NCBI GenBank assembly: GCA_028276005.1
Contig: JAPWTO010000001.1
Coordinates: 1-56,052, forward strand
Source: Acidilobus sp.
GTDB taxonomy: Archaea > Thermoproteota > Thermoprotei_A > Sulfolobales > Acidilobaceae
Direction: 5' to 3'
DNA: 56,052 bases
Made by a program: the position numbers and the translations under genes. The notes beneath the pieces are model-generated. The model had not been told where the DNA came from, did no database searches, and was given only the letters and a program-made list of their open reading frames with translations. This document shows positions 1 through 9,717 of the stretch, piece after piece (positions within the stretch are counted from its first letter, which is position 1; every line of letters starts with the position of its first letter).

Positions 1-1
1 T

Positions 2-430
2 GTGATCACGCTCTCCCTGGCGGTGCTTGCAGTAATAGAGAGGGGAAGGGTCAGTCCAGTAGGGCTTGAGCCTCCCTCAACGCCTTTGCCCTTCCGCAGG
101 ATCCTGGAGTTCGCAACGCTTCTCTTCCTGATAACGGCCATAGCTAAGGTTGTAAGCGTGGCAGCCCCCTCATACCTGCCCCTCACGATAGGGGTCGGCG
201 CCCTCGGTAACGCGTTAAGCGCTGTCATAGCGGTTGGCCTGCTCTATGCCAGGCACCTGATAAGCGCGCAGGCCGCTAGCCAGCTGTCGGCGCTGTCGCT
301 TGCCGTGGGCATTATAGAGAAGGCTCCCCTCTCATTAATGTCAAGGGACAGCGAGTTCCGGAAGATCGTCAGCGTCGGCTCACTAGTATTAGCTGCCGCC
401 GCTATCTTGCTCACGGCAGTCCCGCTTTAG
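2..430 (+). CDS. Membrane protein, 5'-partial (possibly DUF4010/MgtC-associated C-terminal region)
   Basis: Open frame from the window edge with about four hydrophobic helices; family assignment tentative. Confidence 0.55.
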   Translation: MITLSLAVLAVIERGRVSPVGLEPPSTPLPFRRILEFATLLFLITAIAKVVSVAAPSYLPLTIGVGALGNALSAVIAVGLLYARHLISAQAASQLSALSLAVGIIEKAPLSLMSRDSEFRKIVSVGSLVLAAAAILLTAVPL

Positions 431-571
431 GTCCGGTGTCCCCTTTGGTCGGCCGGCCAGGGGAGAGGATCCCATAGGTAATAATAACGAGTAGCAGATA
501 GGGCGTTAGGGTCCTCAGCGATCTTGCTTGAGGATATAGGTTCCGCAGCAACTAGGAACCAGGGAGCGAGT

Positions 572-1537
572 GTGGCTCAGGAGAACCGCAAGCCTAAGGA
601 CATAACTGAGCTGCCGGGGGTTGGCCCTACTACGGCAGAGAAGCTTGTAGAGAGCGGCTTCTCGACAATAGAGGCCATAGCGGTGGCGACGCCCCAGGAG
701 ATAGCTCAGGCGGCAGGCATACCGCTGCAGACGGCCCAGAAGATAGTTGAGGCCGCCAGGCAGGCCCTCGACATACGGTTCAAGACAGCCCTTGAGCTTA
801 AGAAGGAGAGGATGACCATAAGGAAGATAACCACGGGAAGCAAGGCCCTAGATGACCTCCTGGGCGGAGGGGTGGAGACAAAGCAGATCACGGAGTTCTT
901 TGGCGAGTACGGCACCGGCAAGACCCAGGTATGTCACCAGCTGGCCGTCAACGTGCAGCTGCCTGAGGACAAGGGAGGACTTAGCGCTAAGGCCGTTTAC
1001 ATAGACACCGAGGGCACGTTCAGGTGGGAGAGGATAGACCAGATGGCGAGGGGGCTCGGGCTTGACCCAGACAAGGTCATGGATAACATCTACTGGATAA
1101 GGGCCATCAACAGCCATCACCAGATGGCTATAGTGGACTCCCTCTTTGACCTGCTCAGCAAGGACAACGTTAAGCTTGTGGTCGTGGACTCCCTGACAAG
1201 CCACTTCAGGGCCGAGTTCCCAGGGAGGGAGAACCTGGCCGCCAGGCAGCAGCTGCTGAACAGGCACCTGCACCAGCTCATGAGGCTGGCCGAGGTCTAC
1301 GACGCGGCCGTGGTGGTGACGAACCAGGTGATGTCAAGGCCTGACGTGTTCTACGGCGACCCCACGGCAGCCGTGGGAGGTAACGTTGTCGCTCACGCCC
1401 CAGGGATAAGGGTTCAGCTCAAGAAGAGCAGGGGCAACAAGAGGATAGCCAGGATCGTTGACGCGCCCCACCTACCTGAGGGGGAGACGGTATTCGCTAT
1501 AACTGAGTACGGCATAAGGGACGCAGAGGAGGAGTGA
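572..1537 (+). CDS. radA: DNA repair and recombination protein RadA
   Basis: N-terminal HhH ([12 protein letters not shown]), Walker [17 protein letters not shown], Walker B LVVVDS, VVVTNQV. GTG at 572 preferred over the ORF-track start at 524. Confidence 0.97.
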   Translation: MAQENRKPKDITELPGVGPTTAEKLVESGFSTIEAIAVATPQEIAQAAGIPLQTAQKIVEAARQALDIRFKTALELKKERMTIRKITTGSKALDDLLGGGVETKQITEFFGEYGTGKTQVCHQLAVNVQLPEDKGGLSAKAVYIDTEGTFRWERIDQMARGLGLDPDKVMDNIYWIRAINSHHQMAIVDSLFDLLSKDNVKLVVVDSLTSHFRAEFPGRENLAARQQLLNRHLHQLMRLAEVYDAAVVVTNQVMSRPDVFYGDPTAAVGGNVVAHAPGIRVQLKKSRGNKRIARIVDAPHLPEGETVFAITEYGIRDAEEE

Positions 1538-2181
1538 TGGGGTCTCAGGGCTGGATCCTCGCCCTCCCCTGGCTGGTAGCTGTAGCTATGACCATATGGC
1601 CGACCATACTCGATGTAAAGTACAGGGAGGTGCCGGAGCACTTCTGGGTTGTGGGGTCAAAGCTCGGACTCGCCGTCTCCCTCATGGCTTATCTTGGGCT
1701 TTACCCGCCACGGCTCCTGGCAGCTTACTACGGCCTGAGCCTCCTAGGGGCTGGCGTGGTAGGCCTCGCCTCACTCCTTGGCCTAATGGGGCCAGGGGAC
1801 TTCTGGGCGGCTTTAGCACTATCGTTAACGCTGCCTGCGCCCTTGCCAGGCTCCCTCGTTATTCCACCCATATACATAGTGTTGTTCGTGGCCTCCCTCG
1901 CCGAGCTTGCGTCAAGGGCTATAATATCGTACAGGGTCTGCGGGTCGCTGAGCTGTCTCGACGGGGCAGTGGTGCCCTGCGGCCTGCTGCTGAGGGAGCT
2001 GAAGTGGTGGTTCCCAGTTACATCAAGGGCGGTCTCAGACGTGCCCAGCGAGGCAGTCATAAGGTCGTGCCCTAATGCCAACGGTCAGGTCAAGGCGAGG
2101 CCGGGGCTCCCCTATGTCGCATTTATTCTACTCGCCTTACCTGTGTCGCTGGCCGTAGAGGCCCTCGCGAGGGTGCCCTGA
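1534..2181 (+). CDS. A24-family prepilin/preflagellin peptidase-like membrane protein
   Basis: LDVKYREVP (first Asp), MGPGD (GxGD), C-terminal PGLPYVAFI, multiple TM helices. Confidence 0.75.
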   Translation: MMGSQGWILALPWLVAVAMTIWPTILDVKYREVPEHFWVVGSKLGLAVSLMAYLGLYPPRLLAAYYGLSLLGAGVVGLASLLGLMGPGDFWAALALSLTLPAPLPGSLVIPPIYIVLFVASLAELASRAIISYRVCGSLSCLDGAVVPCGLLLRELKWWFPVTSRAVSDVPSEAVIRSCPNANGQVKARPGLPYVAFILLALPVSLAVEALARVP

Positions 2182-2715
2182 ATGGACTGGCCAAGGCCAT
2201 GGTACTCAATACTGTGGGCTCCATGGAGGATGAGCTATATCACAAACGTTGTTGAGAAGAGGGAAGGGGGCTGCTTTCTCTGCGAGTCCCCCAAGATGGG
2301 CGACGACAGGAAGGCGCTGATAGTTTACCGCGGGAGGCAGGCCTTCATTATACTTAACAGGTACCCATATAACACCGGCCACCTCATGGTGGCGCCCTAT
2401 AGACACGTGTCAAGCCTTGAAGACCTGACGGACGAAGAGCTCCTTGAGATGATAAGGCTTGTGAAGGCTTCGATGGAGGCCCTGAGGCAGGCCTACAGGC
2501 CAGAGGGCTTCAACATAGGCGTAAACATAGGCGACGTGGCTGGCGCTGGGGTCCCGGGGCACGTCCACATACACGTGGTGCCGAGGTGGAAGGGGGACGC
2601 GAACTACATAACTGTGATAGGCGGGACCAAGGTCATTTCACAGGCCCTTGAGGAGACTTATGACCTACTTAGGCCAAAGCTTGAGGAGGCCGTGAGGAGG
2701 TATGGGCTCAGCTAG
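2182..2715 (+). CDS. HIT family hydrolase (Ap4A phosphorylase-like)
   Basis: LWAPWRM, CFLC, LNRYPYNTGH, histidine triad HVHIHVVPRW. Confidence 0.93.
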   Translation: MDWPRPWYSILWAPWRMSYITNVVEKREGGCFLCESPKMGDDRKALIVYRGRQAFIILNRYPYNTGHLMVAPYRHVSSLEDLTDEELLEMIRLVKASMEALRQAYRPEGFNIGVNIGDVAGAGVPGHVHIHVVPRWKGDANYITVIGGTKVISQALEETYDLLRPKLEEAVRRYGLS

Positions 2716-3757
2716 CCAGAGGCTAATACTTGTAGCCCACAACGACCTCGATGGCGAGGCCTCAGCAGCGGCCTACCTTAGGATAGCCTCAGCGGACCTG
2801 GCAGGCTCGTTAGTTTTCTTCGCGGAGCCCTATAACCTTCACGAGACAATGGAGGAGGTTAGGGGCGCTGCCTCTAAGGGCGATAAAGTCGTAATAATGG
2901 ACATAGGCTTCAATGATGACTCAACCCCGAAGGCGTTGTCCATCCTGTCCGAGCTCGTGAGTAGGGGCGTAGCCGTGGAGTGGTACGATCACCACGTTTG
3001 GGAAGAAAAAGAGGTCGAGCTTGCGACTAAGAGCGGGGTGAAGCTCTTCGTTGACAGAAGCACGTGCGGGGCTGGCGTCGTTGTTCGCTACGCGTCAAAG
3101 GCCTACGGAGTCCAACCAGACGACTTTCTCCTAAGGCTTGAGAGCGCTGTCTGCTCAGCCGACCTGTGGACTTGGCAGGACCCCCTTGCCCCAAAGTTGG
3201 TCAGGGCCGCGAACAGCGTAGCTGAGCCTACGAAGCAGCCCTGGAGGCTGAGGCTCATAGAGAAGTTCCGCTCAGGCGTCCTATGGGATGAGGAGCTTGA
3301 GGGCGGGCTTAAGACGTACCTTACGGCTGAGCTAAGGAACTCTGCTGGCGACCTATCCACGATGAGCGTCTTTGAGGAGGGGGGTTGCAGGGTCGCCGCC
3401 ATATTAAGGCGGCTTGAGCCGCCGTCGGATAGCATAATCGGCTCCATGGTTACGTCAAGATCTGACGCCAAAGTGTCTGTCATGGTTAAGAGGAGGGGCT
3501 TCGGAAGGGTTTCGCTCTCGCTGAGGAGCAGGGGGTCGGCAAACGTCCAGGTCATAGCTAAAGGCCTTGGAGGCGGGGGCCATCCGAAGGCCTCTGGAGC
3601 CTCGCTGAGGGTGAACGTCCTCATTTACCTGTTGAGCTACCTGGCACCAAGGCTTTTGACTAGGCATGTTTCAAGAAAGGTCACGGAGATCGCTATAAGG
3701 CTTGGCGCATGTAAGGGGGACCAGGGCGTTGGTCCTGAGAACGTTTATACTTACTGA
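2702..3757 (+). CDS. DHH family phosphoesterase with DHHA1 domain
   Basis: HNDLDG, MDIG, YDHH, SLRS...GGGGHPKASG. Confidence 0.88.
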   Translation: MGSASQRLILVAHNDLDGEASAAAYLRIASADLAGSLVFFAEPYNLHETMEEVRGAASKGDKVVIMDIGFNDDSTPKALSILSELVSRGVAVEWYDHHVWEEKEVELATKSGVKLFVDRSTCGAGVVVRYASKAYGVQPDDFLLRLESAVCSADLWTWQDPLAPKLVRAANSVAEPTKQPWRLRLIEKFRSGVLWDEELEGGLKTYLTAELRNSAGDLSTMSVFEEGGCRVAAILRRLEPPSDSIIGSMVTSRSDAKVSVMVKRRGFGRVSLSLRSRGSANVQVIAKGLGGGGHPKASGASLRVNVLIYLLSYLAPRLLTRHVSRKVTEIAIRLGACKGDQGVGPENVYTY

Positions 3758-4119
3758 GAGGGTTTGGAGGCCTCCTCTTCAGGCTTAGCCTCCTGCTGAG
3801 GCTGCTGAGCTACCTGCTGGGCCTGGGCAGGCTTCTCTTCAGCTTTCTCTTCAGCCTTCTCCTTGGCCGCTCTCCTGGCCTCGGCCCTCTCCTTCTTACG
3901 CTTGGCCACCTCGGCGTCGACGTCCACGACATTTTTGCAACCCAGCTTTGAGATGACATCATCGACCTGGGACGGGTCAACCTTAAGGGTATAAAGATAC
4001 CTCTTAGTCCTGAGCTTTACCTTCGCTCTGCCGTCTCTCGTGACCCTCTTCACGCGGCACTCTATAGCCTTCGGCGCTACCTTAAGGGCCTCGTCCAGGC
4101 TGTAAAGCTCGACAGGCAT
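3751..4119 (-). CDS. rpl38e: 50S ribosomal protein L38e with low-complexity C-terminal tail
   Basis: CRVKR...KVKLRTKRYLYTLKV signature. Confidence 0.85.
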   Translation of the reverse strand: MPVELYSLDEALKVAPKAIECRVKRVTRDGRAKVKLRTKRYLYTLKVDPSQVDDVISKLGCKNVVDVDAEVAKRKKERAEARRAAKEKAEEKAEEKPAQAQQVAQQPQQEAKPEEEASKPSQ

Positions 4120-4158
4120 CGCAGACCCAGCTTTACGCCTCTAAGAGGGGTTTTTAAG

Positions 4159-5109
4159 TTATGGACCCCGCTCATTGAACGTCTTCATCTTTAAAATGGA
4201 GAACCTGACCTTGTCACCCTCCTTTGGCTTAAAGTTCGAGAACCCCCTTATCTCCTCACCCTTAAAGTCGATATGTACTAGGTACTTGCCCATTATGAAC
4301 TCAACGCCCTCAACCGTACCTTCATAGGGCCCCTCGCCAATTGCCACGTCCTCTGCCCTGAGGCCCACATACCCGTCCACATTGAAGACCTTGCCGTCAA
4401 CTATGGCCATTGGCGGGTCGCCGACAAATGACGCGACGTACTTGTTTGCTGGGTCATTGTAAAGTTCTTCGGGGGTCCCGACCTGTAAGATCCTGCCATC
4501 CATCATTACAGCCATGCGGTCAGCCTCGGCCATGGCCTCTATCTGGTCATGGGTCACGTAGATGGTCGTTATCCTCTCCCTCCTCTGAAGGTCCTTGATG
4601 AACCTTCTCGCGGCTATCCTCTGGGGCGCGTCAATGTTACTCAGCGGCTCGTCAAGGAGCAGCACGCGGGGCCTCTTGACCAGGGCCCTGGCCAGGGCGA
4701 CCCTCTGCTGCTGTCCGCCAGACAGCTGCGAGGGCAGCCTGTTAAGCAGGTCCTTTATGCCAAGCTCCTCAGCGATATCAAGGACCCTCTTCCTTGCGTC
4801 CGGCTCCCTCTCTATGGGCATCAATATGTTCTCAAATACCGTCTTGTGAGGGTAAAGGACGTAGTTCTGGAAAAGCATGGAAACGGACCTCTTAGCTGGA
4901 GGCCGGTCAGTCACTTCGACACCGTCTATATAGATCCTGCCTGAGTTGACCTTCTCAAGCCCCGCTATGCAACGGAGTAGCGTTGTCTTGCCGGAGCCTG
5001 AGTAGCCGAGTATAACGAAGAGCTCGCCATCCTTTATCTCGAGGTTTACCCCTTTCAGGACCAGATGATTGCCATAGCTCTTGTACAGGTCCTTGATCAG
5101 TACGCCCAA
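4159..5109 (-). CDS. MalK/PotA-type ABC transporter ATP-binding protein
   Basis: GYSGSGKT, LSGGQQQRVALARAL, LLLDEPLSNID, YVTHDQ, TOBE-like tail. Start moved to TTG 5109 because the longer ORF overlaps the 5S rRNA. Confidence 0.92.
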   Translation of the reverse strand: MGVLIKDLYKSYGNHLVLKGVNLEIKDGELFVILGYSGSGKTTLLRCIAGLEKVNSGRIYIDGVEVTDRPPAKRSVSMLFQNYVLYPHKTVFENILMPIEREPDARKRVLDIAEELGIKDLLNRLPSQLSGGQQQRVALARALVKRPRVLLLDEPLSNIDAPQRIAARRFIKDLQRRERITTIYVTHDQIEAMAEADRMAVMMDGRILQVGTPEELYNDPANKYVASFVGDPPMAIVDGKVFNVDGYVGLRAEDVAIGEGPYEGTVEGVEFIMGKYLVHIDFKGEEIRGFSNFKPKEGDKVRFSILKMKTFNERGP

Positions 5110-5197
5110 AGTTAACCCCTTTGGGCGATGCAGAAGAGGGTTTTTAGTACTTATCAACGCTAAGGTGTTTTCAGGTGCTTTTGCAGAACGCCCTAGC

Positions 5198-5325
5198 GCC
5201 CGGTCCCGGCTTGGAGGGGCCTGCGAGGCCTTTCGGACCTCACTGGCCCTCTCCAACGCGGCCGGCTTAACTTCCGGGTTCGAAACGAGTCCGGGTGTTG
5301 CCCGACCGCTATGGCCGGGCCGGGC
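5198..5325 (-). rRNA. rrf: 5S ribosomal RNA (stand-alone)
   Basis: Minus strand reads GCCCGGCCCGGCCATAGCGG...CACCCGGACTCGTTTCGAACCCGGAAGTTAAGCCG...CCGGGC, with the conserved CGAAC loop and paired termini. Ends approximate. Confidence 0.95.
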
Positions 5326-5369
5326 ATGAATGGAGGTTCAGTCTGACGGTAAATAAGCGTTTATGGCGC

Positions 5370-6422
5370 TTAGCCCTTGACCTCCACGTGCGCCCTTCTG
5401 GCGGCCTCAAGGAACTCATCATAGGTCAGTGGCAGCCACTTCCTCAGCTCCTCGTAGAGGTCCCTCGTTACGTAGCTTCTACCCTTCTCACTAAGCTCCT
5501 TCGTTATCTCCCTGTAGGCCCTTGCGACCCTGTCCTTCTTAGTCATAGTAGTTATTATAGCCCTCTCAATGTCACCATTGTAGACATACCTTGACTTGAG
5601 GATGACCTCTATGATCCTGTTTATCCTCTCGGGCACCCCGATGACGGACCCCCTGAGCTCTACTTTCCTTGGAACCCCCCACGGCACAAGGCTGTCAAGC
5701 ATCCTGCTGAGGCCCGGCCTCGGGATCTTGTCAACTATGCCGCCTATCAAGAAGGCGTCAGCGGTGTTGACGTCCTCAGGCCTCAGGGGCGTTGTGGCGT
5801 CAGGCCTCAGTATTATTACCTTATCCGCGTCGTAGCCCCACAGGATCTCGCTGGGCCTCGCGTTGACTATAGAGACCTTGTTGACTCCCATTACCTCATT
5901 TAGCCACCTCGCGGTCTCCTCATCAGCCCCCGTTATTGAGAGGTGGGCGTCCCATAGGTGCTCCCTTATCACTGACAGCGCCACTGCCAGCTGAAGCCTC
6001 AGCTTTGACAGCTCCTCTGGCGTGTGAAGGAACTTCATGCTGAGGTCAACAACAAAGAGGGGCAGGGGCGGCTGAGGGAGATAATCAAGGAGCCCCCTCC
6101 AGGGAATGGTCCTCTCAGTGGGCTCAGGCCTCTTGACGAGGACCGCGTCAGACTTGACGTCACCTTTCCCGTAGACTATTGACTTCTTAGAGCCCTTCCA
6201 CTCGACCTCAAATACCTTCTTCCCTCTCCAGTCCTCCTCGGCCAGGAAGTACTCTCTTACTAGCGTTTCGACTGCCACGTACTGAAAGCCTAGCCTGTAG
6301 AGCTTGTCGCCTTCAAGCCACTCCCTAGAGCCAAGCACGTTGTATCCATAGTTGTCCATCAGCCTGAGGAGGGCCTCAGACGGCCTTGTTCCAACCTGCC
6401 CCTTATCGCCCGTGCTTGGCAC
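5370..6422 (-). CDS. trm10: tRNA m1A9/m1G9 methyltransferase Trm10 (SPOUT)
   Basis: IILRPDA, FLIGGIVDK, GVPERINRIIEVIL as in crenarchaeal Trm10. Confidence 0.85.
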   Translation of the reverse strand: MPSTGDKGQVGTRPSEALLRLMDNYGYNVLGSREWLEGDKLYRLGFQYVAVETLVREYFLAEEDWRGKKVFEVEWKGSKKSIVYGKGDVKSDAVLVKRPEPTERTIPWRGLLDYLPQPPLPLFVVDLSMKFLHTPEELSKLRLQLAVALSVIREHLWDAHLSITGADEETARWLNEVMGVNKVSIVNARPSEILWGYDADKVIILRPDATTPLRPEDVNTADAFLIGGIVDKIPRPGLSRMLDSLVPWGVPRKVELRGSVIGVPERINRIIEVILKSRYVYNGDIERAIITTMTKKDRVARAYREITKELSEKGRSYVTRDLYEELRKWLPLTYDEFLEAARRAHVEVKG

Positions 6423-6424
6423 CC

Positions 6425-7105
6425 CTATACCATGAAGTCCTCAAGTGTCTTACGGGGTCTTTTAACCTTCCTGACAAAGGCCTCCGTTCCCTCCAACGTG
6501 GACCAGGAGTACCTAATTATTGGAAGCCTGAGCCCCCTGTTCAGGACCTCCATGACCCAGCTCACGGTCTCGGGGTCCGCTGGGTACCCGCTTCCCCTGA
6601 CGCCGTACATCAGCCTCAGCACGTCAAGCCTTCGGTCCCTGATAACCTTGGCGATTATGCTGGCGGCCGACACGACGGCATATTTCGAGTCAGCCTTAGG
6701 CTCAACCACCAGGTCGCCCCTGTAGCCCAGATCCCTTAACCTCCTGGGCAGCTCCCTGAGCTCGCCGAACTTATCAATGTAAATAGCCTTTACGGCCCTG
6801 GGCCCCTTCAGTCTGTTAAATACTATCTTAAGGAGGTCACTGGCTCTCCTCTCCTCCAGCCTGTTTATGTTCTCAGAGTCTATCTCCTTCGGGGGTATGG
6901 GCAGGACAGCGAAGACCCCTATCTTAATGAGCTCACCGTAGAGCTCCTCACGCTGGCCCCTGCTGAGCTCCTTGCTGTCCCTCACGCCAATCTTCTTAAG
7001 CAGGGGCTCCTTAGAGTCCTCGATAGCGAAGGCAGCTATCATGAGGTCTCCAACTAGGCTACCCCTGCCAGCCTCATCTATTCCAACTATCCACAAAGCG
7101 GTCAC
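6425..7105 (-). CDS. rnhB: Ribonuclease HII
   Basis: GIDEAGRG, VRDSK, KAD...VSAASIIAKV, GSGYPADP. Start probably GTG 7105 or TTG 7096. Confidence 0.95.
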   Translation of the reverse strand: MTALWIVGIDEAGRGSLVGDLMIAAFAIEDSKEPLLKKIGVRDSKELSRGQREELYGELIKIGVFAVLPIPPKEIDSENINRLEERRASDLLKIVFNRLKGPRAVKAIYIDKFGELRELPRRLRDLGYRGDLVVEPKADSKYAVVSAASIIAKVIRDRRLDVLRLMYGVRGSGYPADPETVSWVMEVLNRGLRLPIIRYSWSTLEGTEAFVRKVKRPRKTLEDFMV

Positions 7106-7136
7106 TGCCTTCAGGCCCTGCTGTAGGAGGCGAAGT

Positions 7137-7604
7137 TCAAGAGCCCTGCGCCTGGCCCCCGCTCGACGTCTCCTGGTACTGCTCACTTATTCTCTTCTTC
7201 CACTCATCCACTACGTCATAGCCGTAGAGCTCCTTTAGCGCCTCTCTCCCAGCTTCGCTGACCATGTCAGGGCTCCATGGGGGGTCAAAGGTGACCTCTA
7301 TCTCAAGGTTCTCCTCGCTTAGCCCTGGTATCTTGTCAAGCAGGGCCTGCTCAACGTAGGCGAGTATGGACCCCGTGACTGGACACCCAATGGCGGTAAG
7401 CGTCATCAATATCTTCACCTTTGGCTTTCCATCGGTTCTCCTAGCGTCTATCACATAGATTAGCCCAAGGTCATAAACGTTGACGGGTATCTCGGGGTCG
7501 TAGACCTCCCTGAGGGCTTCCTCGGCTAGCTGTATCAGGTCCTCGTCGCCGCTCACCTTGAGGAACGGTGGCCTCTTGGCGGTGCTCAACCTGTCCACCT
7601 TCAC
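7137..7604 (-). CDS. DUF59/SufT-like Fe-S cluster assembly factor
   Basis: ALREVYDPEIPVNVYDLGLIY, TLTAIGCP, FDPPWSPDM. Confidence 0.92.
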   Translation of the reverse strand: MKVDRLSTAKRPPFLKVSGDEDLIQLAEEALREVYDPEIPVNVYDLGLIYVIDARRTDGKPKVKILMTLTAIGCPVTGSILAYVEQALLDKIPGLSEENLEIEVTFDPPWSPDMVSEAGREALKELYGYDVVDEWKKRISEQYQETSSGGQAQGS

Positions 7605-7646
7605 CTGCGTTATAGCCTAGAACTAAGGATTATAATGCTTGGTTAC

Positions 7647-7895
7647 TTACGCCTTCTCGTCCTTGTCTTCATTGTCATAGGTTAGGACCTTTTCCCTGTA
7701 GAGCTTAAGCACGATGAAATATGAAATCCAGGGGGAGGCAAGCACCACAGCCGAGCCCACCCAGAGGAGGACACGTCCTAGCCTCGGGCTTAGGCCGATG
7801 AGGACGCCCCCAATTAAGGCTATCGTAAACGTGATTATCAGCTTATTCCTGACAGCCCTCCTCAGTAATCTCTCCACCGAGCGACCTCGCCCCAC
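7647..7895 (-). CDS. Small two-TM hypothetical membrane protein
   Basis: Two hydrophobic helices; fills the gap in a minus-strand gene run. Confidence 0.6.
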   Translation of the reverse strand: MGRGRSVERLLRRAVRNKLIITFTIALIGGVLIGLSPRLGRVLLWVGSAVVLASPWISYFIVLKLYREKVLTYDNEDKDEKA

Positions 7896-8670
7896 CCTTT
7901 ACCACCTCAAGTGCCCTGAGCGCGAGCTCCCTCGCCTCGTCCCTTGTGCGTGCTGAGGCAAGCACCCTTATCTCAAGCACGGGCCCCCTTATCTCGTGAC
8001 CCTTGGGGTGGCTCTTGACGTAACAGCCGGGGTTCTTCCGCTCAGCCTCCTCAACGTAGGGGGCAAGGGATGACTCAGGCACTCCCACTACAACGAAGCC
8101 ACAGTCGATGACCTCAAGGGGCGGGGCCAGCTGCCTAAACCTAGGCATAAGCTCCTCGAACATGGCCTGCATTTCAACTGGGACGCCAGGGAGTGACGCT
8201 ATGAGCGCCTCGCCAGCCGCGACGAGGGACCCCGGCGCCGTCCCGACAGGGTTCCATATAGGCTCAGCTCCCTCGGGCAGGTAGGCCATCTTCTCCCTCT
8301 CCTTGGTCATCTGCATGCCGCCGCTCTCGTACCTCTGCCTCACCCACTGCAGGGCCTGCTCATTAAGCCTGAGGGGCCTGTTGATGGCCCGGGCCACGGC
8401 CTCAAGGGTCCTGTCGTCATATGTTGGCCCAAGACCCCCTGTCGTTATTATGACCTTTACGTCGTCCCTTGAGAGGGCCCTCTTTATCTCCTCCGCCACC
8501 TCGGCCGGCTCGTCAGGGGTAACTATTATCCTCTCAACGCTGAAGCCCAGGAAGGTCAACTTTCTGGCAAGCCATGAGGCATTGGTGTTAACGATCCTCC
8601 CTATCAGCAGTTCATTACCTATTGTGAGGATCCACGCCTTAGGCTTCCTCATTATGGCCAACCCAAACAC
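7843..8670 (-). CDS. CinA N-terminal/molybdopterin-binding domain protein (COG1058)
   Basis: ILTIGNELLIGRIVNTN, ITTGGLGPTYDD, NPVGTAPG, LPGVPVEM. Confidence 0.9.
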   Translation of the reverse strand: MFGLAIMRKPKAWILTIGNELLIGRIVNTNASWLARKLTFLGFSVERIIVTPDEPAEVAEEIKRALSRDDVKVIITTGGLGPTYDDRTLEAVARAINRPLRLNEQALQWVRQRYESGGMQMTKEREKMAYLPEGAEPIWNPVGTAPGSLVAAGEALIASLPGVPVEMQAMFEELMPRFRQLAPPLEVIDCGFVVVGVPESSLAPYVEEAERKNPGCYVKSHPKGHEIRGPVLEIRVLASARTRDEARELALRALEVVKGGARSLGGEITEEGCQE

Positions 8671-8759
8671 CGTGGCTGAAGGGCTGCAGGCGCTTTAAGG
8701 TATTACTGGCTTAGCTCCCCTTACACGTTCCCAGGACGAATAAGGCGCAGGGATCAGGG

Positions 8760-9011
8760 GTGGCCCTTGAAGCTATACAGCAGGCGGTTAGTCAGCTGTT
8801 CGGTCACATAGGGCCTACGAACTTCACGGGCGTAGGCTACGCCTTAGTGTTGACGGGGCTCGTGCTGCTGCTCGGCATTATAGTAATAGGGTCTGCAATA
8901 CTCATAGCCAGAGGCGTTAAGGCCATGGGTAACATGACCCCTGGCAGGTTCGTCGCCGCGCTCATAGCGGTGGCGGTGGTCTTCATTATCGCTGGGGCGC
9001 TCTTCCCGTAG
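8760..9011 (+). CDS. Small two-TM hypothetical membrane protein
   Basis: Two hydrophobic helices; divergent from the CinA-like gene. Confidence 0.65.
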   Translation: MALEAIQQAVSQLFGHIGPTNFTGVGYALVLTGLVLLLGIIVIGSAILIARGVKAMGNMTPGRFVAALIAVAVVFIIAGALFP

Positions 9012-9660
9012 TGGCCACGACCTTTTCTTCCTCGGCAACAGCAAGCCTTCTTTTAAGGTGCTTTAACCTCACGAAGTCCTCCCTGGCCCTCTCATCAAGC
9101 ACCATAGATATGAACTTGAGGGCCTTCTCATAGCTTGGCAGTATAACGTAGTCCAGCGCATTTATCAGCCTCTGGGTGTCCTTAAGCTCCTCTATCAGCC
9201 TCTTCACAGTCTCCTCGTACTGGGCGAGCCTGAGGATGGCCGGCAGCTCCTCCCTCAACATTACAAAGCTTTCAATGAGATCAGGGGAGGCGCCCGGAGG
9301 TATGGCAGGGCTGGCGAGGGACTCGGGCACCAGCTGGAACACGGGGGTCTTGACCGAGAACAGCACCATGGTTGACGCCCTGACCCTCAGGCTCTCCCTG
9401 GCGGCCTCAGCTATGGCCCATGTCCTGTCAATGCCCTCTGCGGCCTCCCCCCTGTAAAAGGTGGTGAACAGCTCCTCAAGAACTCCGTAGACCTCCTTCT
9501 GATAACGGTTGTACTCCTCGGCCACGCTCCTTATGTAGTGAAGGAGTACCTCCCTCTTCTCCTCCATAATCCTCCTTATCCTTCTTATCGTCGCGTACTC
9601 CCTTCTCAGCCTTATCAGGTTTATCTTCGTTGGCAGCGTTGACCTGACGTCTATGGCCAA
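8986..9660 (-). CDS. atpD: A/V-type ATP synthase subunit D
   Basis: PTKINLIRL...[34 protein letters not shown]. Confidence 0.92.
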   Translation of the reverse strand: MAIDVRSTLPTKINLIRLRREYATIRRIRRIMEEKREVLLHYIRSVAEEYNRYQKEVYGVLEELFTTFYRGEAAEGIDRTWAIAEAARESLRVRASTMVLFSVKTPVFQLVPESLASPAIPPGASPDLIESFVMLREELPAILRLAQYEETVKRLIEELKDTQRLINALDYVILPSYEKALKFISMVLDERAREDFVRLKHLKRRLAVAEEEKVVATTGRAPQR

Positions 9661-9717
9661 GCGGGCTCCCGTGGGCGCGGGGCAGGGCTAGCTTAAAGCT
9701 CTAGCAGGCCCAGCTAT

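Noticed and set aside
5110-5256. N-terminal extension of the ABC ATPase ORF, and the + strand ORFs 5081-5329 and 5295-5594
   Set aside because: They overlap the 5S rRNA gene; ABC homology begins near 5109
5270-5295. GGTTCGAAAC as a tRNA T-loop
   Set aside because: It is the reverse complement of the 5S rRNA CGAAC loop; no cloverleaf forms
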